A stretch of 64,000 nt of DNA from Octopus vulgaris (lineage: Eukaryota): positions 76,012,001 through 76,076,000 of the forward strand of contig OX597814.1 in NCBI GenBank assembly GCA_951406725.2, in the 5' to 3' direction. Made by a program: the position numbers and the translations under genes. Every line of letters begins with the position of its first letter. The first letter of the stretch is position 1. Shown in pieces: positions 53,053-64,000 of this stretch. Below the pieces are notes generated by a model that saw only the letters and a list, made by a program, of their open reading frames with translations, had not been told where the DNA came from and searched no databases.

Positions 53053-56000
53053 CTCTATCACTACTTAGGCTCTATCACTACATATCTGACACTCCTTTAC
53101 TCTTTACACTCTCATACCTTTCTCTCTCTATCAACCATCACTCACCCACCTCATTCCTTCTATCTGACACTCCTTTACTCTTTACCCTTTCATCTTTTTA
53201 CACCCTTATATCTTTCTCTCTATATCATCCTCACCTCCTCATTCCTTCTATCAATTAATCTTGATTGACCACTAACCACTAAATTGACTGACCACTAAAT
53301 TCCCAATCGTAAAACAATAAGACCATCATTGTTCTTTCTCTTCATCTCTTTATTATCTCTCTCCCTGCTTTTCTTTTTTGTTTTTTTTTTCCTCTCTTCC
53401 TGCTTTCGATTTGACCTTACAAATACATTCCCAACTTTTAAGGCACTTTAAATAAAACCCTCAATTCAATAACACTGTGAACAAGCTCTATACTTGGAAT
53501 GACCAATTTTAAATACTATTGGAACTTACTCACAAAGTACTAGAATCTTATATGTATACCATTCTGCCTAAATAATGGATCTACAGATGCAATATCACTG
53601 CATGTCTCACATATATTTTCATCCCTCCACTTCACTCTCTATTTCAAATCTTATCTAAAATAACTATTGCTTAACCATTTTCTTACACTTCTCTTTATAA
53701 ATGTTCTGTAAACTTTCACTGCCTTGGATTTTTTATCTCATTCTGTTAATATATATATTTCTTTGTTGCTTGGTAATAACCAGAAATAACTATGACAAAA
53801 GTAGCATTAATTTTTTAGGTCATTAAATTTTTCTCGACCGATCAATGGGCATTTCAGTAAAACTATCAATAACGAACCTATAATGACTACTGGAAACAGC
53901 TATAAGTTAATTTACTACAATAAAGAAAAATATGTAATGACCATCATTCCCGCTTTGTCTTGTATATCATTCTGTGTAAAAATCAGTATAACTGGAGCAC
54001 AAACATAGATTTACTATATAGAATGGTAATAAGCAGTAACCTTGGATGCAAGTTGTACAATGATTTTGACTCTACTCAGAGTCACCATGTCAGTAAATAG
54101 CCTGTTCTTATTCCTAAACTTACTTAAGAATAATTGCTTCTAATTTGGACACACGTTCAGCTATGTTGAGGAGAAAGTTTAGTTGATGCCCTCAACATAA
54201 CAACTTGACTATCATTTTGTTTTATCAACTCTATTTAACTGATTACTGTTTAAGAGAATCAAGGTCATATCTCCAACTTGTAAATAAAAGATTGAAAAGC
54301 AATGGCTAAAATGGATGGCTTGATATAGAAGCTGAGGATCAAGTCTTCAAGACGTGTTCTCTGTCTCAATAAATTAATTCTTCATAAAATGGATTTACAC
54401 CCAAAAATGTTCCTTTTCCATCTTCTTGTCATAATGGATGAAAGATAAATAGTTTTTAATCACACTGTTACTGAGAAAAGTTGCAATTTTTATGCCTAAT
54501 TTTAAGCAACCTAATCAAAATTCTTATCCTGAAACTAAATACCATCTGCTTGATTTAATACTATTTCTTTTAAGCACTCATATTCCATAAAGTATTTAGA
54601 ATTCTTTTTGACATTTAACTATTTTTAGTAACTAAACATTTTCAGTTATATAAGTGTTTTTCCCCCCATCTAAATTCCCAATCGCAAAACAATAATATAT
54701 TCTTGTTTTAAAGATACACTACAATAAAAATTGCAAATGTCTTTTGCCTTGCCAAAATTTATTCATTACTACAATAACTCCTTGCTTATTGTTAAGTGTG
54801 TTTTTCTTTATGGTCATTTATAATGCAAAATCTATACAAATGATAACCCATTATTATTGTTCATTTTACCTTGTTTTCATTTTCATAATGTGTTCAGCAG
54901 GCATTCTTATTCACAAGTTCTTAGTGTCAAGTTAGAACAATATAGTCAATCTGATGAATAAGAGCTCAATGTTCTTTCAATGTGCAATCATTTTACTTTG
55001 TAAAATTATCTTCTATTATGTTCATATTGTCAATTCAAGCAAAGTAAAATCTTTAAGTGGCAAGTTTTCAGTCTTGCACCACTTTTGTTGGTTCCACTCA
55101 ATAATTTGCAGCATTCTTTTAAATATAGATTCAGCTTTAAAATATATTTCCAATATAATTCAGCTTAGAAAATTGGAAAAGCAGAAAGAGCTGATTTCCA
55201 ACCATAAATCTAACTTCACATTGCAGATTTTTTTATCTTACGATAATATTGTAATAAAAGTTATTTGATATCTTCATTAAACATAATCAAAAGACAAATA
55301 CTAAAAAAGAATTCTAAAGAAACTTGATCTCACCCATCACACACACACACACACAAAGCTAAACGAAAAATATTACAAGAGAACCTCTACATGAGTGCAC
55401 AACCTGTTAGAAATAACTGCAAAATCTCCTTCAATTTACATCCTATTGTGTTTTGGGTTTTTTTTTAAAGAAAGATAAGATAGTCACAATCATAGGTCTA
55501 TTCAATCAGGGCTGGTCTAGATTTAAACAACAATGATTTTATCTTTATAATTCTGTATAAATTTACAAATAAAATGAAAGACAAAATTTTAATTTGGAGG
55601 TAATTTCATCTCACATACTCTAGACACACATAACCCACCAAAATATTGGATAAAAATTATTACAAAAATCAAGAGCACATATAAATATATGAACTACTTA
55701 TGAAATTATATTCACTCTGAAGTTATAAACAAGAGCCACTAACTCTTGTTAGATTAGTTGTTAATTTAGGGTAGCTGTGGCTGAGGGGACATAATGACAT
55801 AAAACACAGAGTGTCCCAAAGTCCATTTATGCTAATGAATTGAGAGTGTATTATGAGCATACAATTGTCTCAAAGGAGAAGGTATTTTCCATTGATGAGA
55901 TGCAACATTGATTAGCAGATTCATGTTTGAACTCTCAGAATGAATGGTAGTTTAAACATGAAGAGTGGAAGTTTAAAGATAAAGAAATATGAGTACTGCA

Positions 56001-56629
56001 AAACAGAATGTAGACCTTGCCTAAAAGTTTGGCCAGTAGGGAGGGAAAGTTGTAAAGCTATTTCTGGCCATTAGTTGATCCCTGCAGGAAGTTAATTTCT
56101 AGATATGATCAGATATTAAGGATGAGGTTTTGATACTTAGAACAGAACAAAGCAGGTGGTAATCTATTTGATCTCATGTCTCCAAATCAAAGATATTAGA
56201 CCGTTTTTATGACCAAAGTGATTTGTGAAGTAATATAAATTAATATGAAAAGATATAAAACGTCTATATTCCATGCAACCTAACAAATAAACAGTTAATA
56301 AATTTAATAAAATCTGTTCATGTCTGTTAAAGGCAAAAACTGATTTTTGTTGACTAGGATGATTCTATGAAGAAATGAGAAGTGTTTTGGAAAGTTGAAA
56401 ACCTTACAATATTTTGATTTTCTTCAAATAGACACCCTACCCAAAATAACTGAACTCATCTCTCCCCATGGTGCAGGATCTTATTTTTGCATATTTCTTG
56501 TAGCAATGACTGTGTAGTTAAGAAGTTCACTTCACAACAATGTGGTATTGTGTTCCATCCCACGCATGCCATCTTGGGCAGATGCTTTCTGCTATGGCTT
56601 CAAGCTAATCAATGCCTTGTGAGTGAATG

Positions 56630-56727
56630 CATATGAGTGTGTGTGTGTACTTATATATATATATTTATACATGTGTATATTTATATGTATATATATATAT
56701 ATTTATATATACATATATGTGTGTGTG

Positions 56728-56759
<32 letters not shown>

Positions 56760-56812
56760 AAAATATATACATATATATATATGTAAAAATATATACATAT
56801 ATACATATATAC

Positions 56813-56874
<62 letters not shown>
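56630..56874. repeat. (TA)n-rich compound microsatellite
   Basis: Direct reading. Confidence 0.9.
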
Positions 56875-56875
<1 letters not shown>

Positions 56876-57804
56876 CTCTTATTATAAAAGGCAGATTTTA
56901 TCTGCCTCCCTTTGTCAGTTATAGAAATCTACAATATAGGATTTCTTCAATTACAATTTACTTAGCATTTTTAAGAGTAGAATGCATCGGGTTTTGCCAG
57001 GTCCACTTTTTTAAATTTAAACTCCAATTAAGCAAAATTTACAGAAAACTCACATTCTGGTGTGTATGTCAAATGCTTTTCTTAATGTGGTTTACACCAC
57101 ATGCACACGCACACACACAGTGTGCAATGAATAAAATGAAAGTAATTCACCTTTTGTAGTGAGTGACTCTTTCAGTCTGCCACTTCCTCTTTACACACAT
57201 AGACACACAAATATATAAATAAAATTGTAAGCTAACGTGCGTGTGTGTGAGTGTGTGTGTGCGTGTGTGTGTGAGGGTGCGTGTGTGTGTGTGTGTGTGT
57301 GCGTGCGTGTGCGTGAGTGTGTGACAGGAAAGTTTTTTAGGACGAATATAAGACCTATATCGGCGATGTTTCGCTTGTCGTAGCACAGGTTTCCGTCGAT
57401 TTCCATAAAAAACTTTTATTTTTTTACATAAGTAATGAGAGCGAAAGAGACTAAGAGAAAGCGATTGTATGACGAGGGAAGTTCTTTTGAAGTTACCGTG
57501 CATGGGACGCATTGATGTACATGTGTGTGTGTGTGTGTGTTTTGATGGAGTGTGGGAGACAGACAGTATGTTGTGTAAGTGAAGTGCTTCTGTTAGTGTG
57601 TGTGAAGAGACAGAGAGAGTAATGTGTGAAAGAGAGAGATAACTGAATTTTTTTACTCGGTGTATGTGTATATGTATGTATGCATGTGTGTATGTATGTG
57701 TGTGTGTATGTATGTATGTATGTATGGCCGATTCAGTGTTTACATTTTTTACGGAAATCGACGGAAACGTGTGCTACGACAAGCGAAACATCGCCCCTAT
57801 ATCC

Positions 57805-58283
57805 AAGTAGCAGAAAGATCGCCCAAAAGTGTATATAGATAATTTAAATGTATTTATATATTCATCTATACACAGATGTATGTATAATGTGTGTGTATAT
57901 ATTTCCATACACGTAACCATTCACTCCGCACAAAGTTTTTTAGGACGAAAATAAGATCTAAAGTTATCTCTAAGTAGCACAGAGATCGCCCAAAAGTGTA
58001 TATAGATATATAAATGTATTTATATATTCATCTATGCACACATGTATGTATAATGTGTGTGTATATATTTCCATAGAGGTAACCATTCATTCCATACAAA
58101 GTTTTTTAGCACGAAAATAAGATCTAAAGTTATCTCTAAGAAACAGAAAGATCGCCCAAAAGTGTATATAGATATTTAAATGTATTTATATATTCATCTA
58201 TACACACATATATGTATAATGTGCGTGTATATATTTCCATAGAGGTAACCATTCAATCCATACAAAGTTTTTTAGGACGAAAA
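57805..58283 (+). repeat. ~166-bp tandem repeat x3 within the Helitron
   Basis: gatcgcccaaaagtgtatatagat at 57817, 57984 and 58150. Confidence 0.95.
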
Positions 58284-58688
58284 TATTTATATATAAAAGA
58301 AAGGTTGTCTGTCTATCTACTCCGATTTAGATTCCTAACTACTCCCACATTTTGCGATGCAGTTTAACCAAAACCGGGTATCTTATAGTCGTGATTCATA
58401 TCGAGCCCTTCTGGGTATTAGCGCACGTCTACGATGAGTCTATGATTTTACAAATAATTTACCATTATTTTTTTCCATTTTAATGCATATTTTTTTAAAT
58501 AAACGGAAGTAACTCTCAAACTTCACACCAATATGCGTGCTCATATGCGACGTAATATCACATCAGCAGCATTTCCTCACACCCTCCTTGCACTTGGCGA
58601 AGGCAAAATACCAGGGGATGAAAATGGTAATATTGCCATCGATTCCATTTGAACCATTGTTAAGACGCCTTCTGATCTCAGAGATGCA

Positions 58689-59030
58689 GTGTTCCCAGAT
58701 CTACAAGCTAATTATCAGAATATGGTTTGGATTGGCAAAAAGGCTATACTGGCCCCGAGGAATAAAACTGTTCACCATATTAATGATGAAATGCTAAAAC
58801 TCATTCCTGGGGAAGTCTATGTATATCAGTCTATCGATACAACTCCTGACCCAGAGGACGTCATCAACTATCCAGTAGAGGTACTCAATTCCTTTGAGCA
58901 CCCTGGACTACCACCACACTTTCTCAAACTTAAAGTTGGTGCCCCTATAATGCTCATCAGAAATTTGGTTCCCCCAAAACAATGCAATGGCACACGTTTG
59001 ATCGTTAAGTCCTTATCTCCCACCGTAAGC
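58689..59030 (+). pseudogene. Helitron Pif1-family helicase fragment
   Basis: AILAPRN..V..IN...YPVEVLNS..PGLPPH.LKLKVGAPIMLIRNL..CNGTRL. Confidence 0.92.
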
Positions 59031-59299
59031 TTATATCAATATTTGCCTGAATAATCATCATAATTCAGTGCAATCATTAACAGTACTTTCAAGCAATTCA
59101 GCCCCGAGCAACGCCAGGCAATTCTGCTAGTATATATATAAATATACACAAATATAAGAGAGTGTCCACTATGTGGTCGACTCTTGCGCTAAAAATAGAT
59201 CCGTTATGGTCTCAACCACCAAAAATTGTTTCCAAGGAGAATTAGCACAACCATTAATGTAAACGAGCAGGGCAAATGAAAAATAACAAAAATGAAGGG

Positions 59300-61365
59300 A
59301 TTTGTGGTTTGCCTGCCTTCCTACTTATTAGGACTTTGGTGTTAGCTAGGTTGATTCTAAGGCCCTTCGATTTTAAGGCCCTTCAATTCTAATCCTTGTT
59401 TCCACACTTGAAACTTCTCCTCTAGTTCTGATAGACTCAGTGATTAGAGAAAGGTCATCAGCATAGAGGAGATCCCAGGGGCATCCTGTCTGGAATTCCT
59501 CCGTTATCGCCTGGAGTACTATGATAAATAGGAGGGGGCTGAGGACTGAACCCTGGTGGACCCCAACCTCTACTGTGAATTCTTCAGTGTACTCGTTGCC
59601 AACCCTCACCTTACTTACAGCGTCCTTGTACATGGCTTGCACAGCTCTCACTAACTATTCATCTATCCCTAGTTTTCTCATTGACCACCAGATAAGGGAT
59701 CGGGGGACCCTGTCAAAGGCTTTCTCCATGTTAATGAAAGCCAAGTACAGAGGTTTATCTTTGGCTAGATATTTCTCTTGCAACTGTTTTACCAGAAATA
59801 CGGCATCAGTGGTGCTTTTCCCTGGCATGAAACCAAACTGCATCTCATCCAAGTTGACTCTCTCCCTAATCAGTTGGGCTATGACCCTCTCTGTAACCTT
59901 CATTACCTGATCCAACAGCTTGATACTTCTGTAATTATTTGTATCTAGGGCGTCACCTTTACCTTTGTAGCAGTTAACTATTATGCTGCTACACCAGTCA
60001 TTGGGAATGACTCCTTCATGTATCACCTGATTAACTATATTGGTGACTAGGCTATAGCTGACACTGCCAGATATTTTGAGCATCACTGCAGTATGATGGT
60101 TTCCCTGTCCTCATGCTTCTAATTGCCTTGACTACCAAGGAACTGTCAACACGGATAGCTGGTCCCTCTGTTAGGTCACTCTCTTTATCCCATGTATTTT
60201 CTTTATTCAGCAACCTTTCATTTGGCGTGACCACTCTCTTTGCATCATTTAGTGCAACTGAACCATCATCCATACAAACACATTTCTCTGCTACCACATC
60301 ATAATTCTCTCTCACACACTGTCTTGCAACACGAAATACCTCAAGTCTTTTGTCCTCATGGCGCAGAACATTGGCAAATTTTTTCTTATCAGCTTCCCCT
60401 CTGGCTAAATACACCTGCCTCCTAGCTTCCCTTCTGGCAGTCTGATACTCTTCCCTGCTACCACCATTCTTCCAGTCCTTCCAAGCCTGTTTCTTTTGTC
60501 TAATAGCCCTGTCAACAATATTGTTCCACCACCACGTTATTTTGGGTCTTGAGGGGACTTTGCACCAACCACAGATCTGGTCAGTGGCTCTCAGCAGGTT
60601 GTCCCTTAGAAACCTCCAGTTGTCTTCTACCCCATGTGAAGCTATATCCCATTCTATTTCGTCAAAGGCTTCAAGTAATATGTCTCTAAATCTCTGTCCA
60701 TTGGCAGGATCTTTAAGCTTCCAGACCCTTCTTCTCTATGTTGGTCGTCTTCTGGTCATCCTCTTAGTCCTGATCCTAAAGTCACTAACTACCAGTCTAT
60801 GTTGTGGGGTACATTCTTCGCCTGGGAAGGTTTTTGCATTTATAAGCAGCAATCTTTCCCTTTTTCTGGCAAGGATGTAGTCAATTTGGCTAGTATGTCG
60901 GCCCAATCGGTAGGTGACTAGGTGGCTGGTAGGTTTCCTGAAGTTAGTGTTGCAAACCATAAGATCATTCGCATCGCAGAACTCCAGCAGCCTGGTTCCC
61001 TCCTCGTTGTGGGAACCATAACCGTAGCCTCCATGTACGCCATGGAAGCCCCCAGCATGTTGTCCAACATGCCCATTGAAGTCACCAGCCACAAAGAGAA
61101 GGTCCCTGTCGTTCGTCAACGAGGTAGTCTGCAATAGGGTGTCATAGAATCGGTCTTTCTGTCCATAGGGTAGCCCTGGCTGAGGGGCATAGGCCGATAT
61201 AATGGTTGCTAATCCATGATGAAGCACTAATCTAATCTAAAGTATTCTGTCGCATACTCTGACTACCTCAATTACCTTATCTACCCATTTTTCAGCGAGA
61301 AGTATACCCACGCCCCCAACCCCGTCAGTGTTCCCAGCCCAGAAAATCTTGTACCTGTGTTCTTT
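59300..61365 (-). mobile_element. RTE-clade LINE internal segment (APE + RT), both ends missing
   Basis: AYAPQ, AGDFNGH, SQIDYIL, QFGF, GVHQGS, YADD. Confidence 0.93.
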
Positions 61366-61459
61366 GCCTCTCGCTTTGAGGCCGCGACCTGTTCACTGAC
61401 AAAGCTTCGTGCTGCATCTCTCTCTCTCTCTCTCTTGATATATATATATATATATATAT

Positions 61460-62731
61460 ATATTTCCAAATCAATCAGGTGCAACCCTTCAGTGTTATAT
61501 TCATCTACATGTCGTACTTTGCGGTCTTATTTATCGTATATTTTTATTATTTATAGATAAATATACAAAGTATCTGATAAAAGTATATATTAATTCAATT
61601 TTGTGGGGATTAATTGATATGCAGGTATTCTATTTCTAATAATACAAAAATAACCTAATGAGTATATCTTACAGTAAACTCATGGTATCAGTTTGTACCT
61701 CACGAAATAATACTTAAAGGATATAACCAAAATTACCATCAGAGTATATAATACACTTCATTAATTATATCGTACTTTAGTTAATACTTATAATTATTAA
61801 ATATGAAGGAACTACACATGTTTCAGTATTGGAAGATTACAATATATATAGATATACACAACTGTATACCCATATATATATATATATATATATACATATA
61901 TAAATACTTATATACAATCGTCAGATTTACACTCATCTTCAGGTTTTATTTCAAAATATTATAAATCTAATTTTACATCCCTTTAAAAATAAGCAATACA
62001 ATTAAGCATTAAAGATTAAAAATTAAGAATTAAAATTATACTTTGTAATATTAAGAATTAAAATTTATAAATTATACATTATAAATATGAATTAGTAAAT
62101 ATATATCAATCATGTAAAATCAAGTATATGTCAAATACAGAAAGTGAGATATAAGATTAAACATCAGAATAAAAATGTCTGTGTTTAAATGTAATATATA
62201 ACAAGAAAAATTCAAATACATATCTTCCTTTTTTTGCTGGTACTAAAATGGTGATTTGAGGAAGAAGATAACATGGAACTATAGGTGATTAGTACCAAAA
62301 TGGGTAATTACACTATACATAGTTTTAATTTTAAAGTATCCTTTATTATTATTTTCAAATTTACCTATATTGGGAGGTATATATAATTTGTTATTATATA
62401 ATTTTAGTAATATTTAATTCATATATTTATTTTATTTAAATTATTGCATTATTTTTTTATTTTTTATTTATTTAAAAAAAATTTATTTATGTAGTCTATT
62501 CAAGTGCTTTAGAAATAAAATTATGTGGTTATTTGATTCAGGAGTTGGGGGTTCAGTACTTCATTTGACTAAATGTAAAATTACTTTGGTGCTTACATTT
62601 AACAATACACTATATAAATAAATTTTTTTTGAATATATAAAAAATAAAAAAATAATGAAATAATTTAAATAAAATAAATATCTGAATTAAATATTACTAA
62701 AATTATATAATAACAAATTATATATACCTCC
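61460..62731 (-). mobile_element. Putative Penelope-like terminal region with a degenerate hammerhead and 5' fold-back
   Basis: Starts at (TA)n; minus strand reads AAC-CUGAAGA-UGAGUG...UACU-GAAAC-AUGU-GUA-GUU (61810-61945); inverted repeat 62373-62494 / 62609-62731. Confidence 0.55.
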
Positions 62732-64000
62732 TGAAACACTGCAAGCTATTCAAAAATACAGTAATCACAGCATTAAAATCAGAAGGTGAAATAAAAAATG
62801 TAATGTGGAATGTGGTATGCAAACTACCGGTGACCCTTGAAGACATAAAAGGAAATGCAGAAAAGGACAAATTCATAACAGAAATGAAAAGGATACTGTA
62901 GACAAGAAAAGGAAATAGGGACTGGACTGATGCAAAACGAAACTAAGATATGAACCTATTCTCAATTTGTGATGACGTACAGAGGGTAGTAATACCTGAA
63001 ACATTGCAAAAGAAAATGTTGAGGCAATTCCATGCTAGACATCCTGGTATTTCAAGAATAAAAGCTTTAATGCATAGCTACGTATACTGGTCAAAAATGG
63101 ATAGAGAAATCGAAAATTTAGCAAAAGGTAGCAGAGGATGCGCGCTAGTGACAAAATTACCAACAATGAAAAGTGAACCTTGGCCAAAAGTAGATGTTCC
63201 ATGGTCGAGATTTCATATCAGTTTTGCTGGTTCCTTAAGTGGTTCATACTACTTAGTGGTAGTAGATAGTTTCTCTAAATGGTCTAAAATTTGTAAGAGT
63301 AAAAAGCCAATCTCCTCAAATGCGACAGATTTTCTACACGAGCTGTTTGCAAGATTTAGCGTCCCAGATGCAATAGTGTCTGACAATGGAATGCAATTTG
63401 CATCTTTTGAGTTTAAAAAGTTTTCTAAAACGTTCATTTTAAAACATATAACTATGGTGCCATGCCATCCCAGATCTAATGAACATGCAGAGTACTTTGT
63501 TGATACGTTCAAGAGAACCCTAAGAAAGTTGAATAAGGAAGTTACGGAAGAGGTAACTCTACAACAATTCTTAAGAGTATACCATGTGACAGCAAATCCA
63601 AATACACCAGCAGGTATTTCATCAGCAGGTGTGCCACCAGCAGAGCTGATGTTTGTGAGGAAAATAAAATCAGTCTTCAACAAATTACTACCTGGTAAGA
63701 AAAGAAAAATTGAATTGGATAATACAGCAAGATATTTCAAAACTGGTGAAAATGTATTTGTTAGGGCATATAAGAACAGAAAACAAAGTTGGGAAGATGG
63801 CATGATTACCAAATGCATAAGGAAAATGCTATACTTGGTAAAAAGTAGAAAAAGTGTATACAAGAGACATGGAACCAACTGAAAAAAAAGATTCGTTGAG
63901 AGCAAACCCAAGAAAATGAAAGAACCAATGGAATGGTTATATGGTACTTTTCAAGGACCTACTCCACTACGAATAACTGAACTCAGATGCACAAGTGAAA
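62732..64000 (+). pseudogene. Gypsy/Ty3 pol relic, integrase (ORF 62950-63882)
   Basis: HARHPGISRIKALMHSYVYW (zinc finger), PWSRFH, VVDSFSKW, IVSDNGMQF, HPRSNEHAE; some conserved residues mutated. Confidence 0.92.

Larger units (their letters stand above)
56875..59130 (+). mobile_element. Non-autonomous composite Helitron
   Basis: A|TCtcttattataaaa 5' end; 3' hairpin cccgagcaacgccagg followed by CTAG|T; helicase fragment inside. Confidence 0.8.

Noticed and set aside
53800-55270. Possible very old minus-strand Penelope relic
   Set aside because: Only faint peptide hints (QLLYQAIHF); cannot be supported without a profile search.
57805-58283. CRISPR-like periodicity
   Set aside because: Whole 166-bp units repeat with no unique spacers; eukaryotic context and no cas genes.
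58689-59054. Host PIF1 gene
   Set aside because: A fragment followed directly by the Helitron hairpin and CTAG terminus.
63249-63911. 220-aa minus-strand ORF
   Set aside because: Antisense shadow of the Gypsy integrase.

Overview
AT-rich, microsatellite-dense metazoan DNA with no recognisable host-gene exon. The SINE and RTE families look like those of Octopus (recalled family resemblance, not a search result). Most recognisable sequence is decayed mobile DNA: at least five RT-containing RTE LINE copies plus UTR fragments, an L1/Tx1-like relic, two R4/Dong-like relics, three SINE families, Tc1/mariner transposases, a long-TIR MITE, a composite Helitron, two LTRs, a Gypsy integrase and several Penelope-like (PLE) pieces. 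The most interesting signals are four. (i) A complete minimal type I hammerhead ribozyme lies downstream of a Penelope GIY-YIG ORF (2178-2263, minus strand), with variant or half hammerheads at up to five other PLE-like ends. (ii) Fold-back inverted duplications recur at PLE 5' junctions, two of them centred on the apparent hammerhead stem II. (iii) A Tc1 element is split by an inversion with a 235-bp inverted duplication and a Penelope at the breakpoint. (iv) A ~580-bp templated insertion inside a SINE created a ~0.8-kb palindrome. Coordinates of degenerate elements are approximate and were read by eye.
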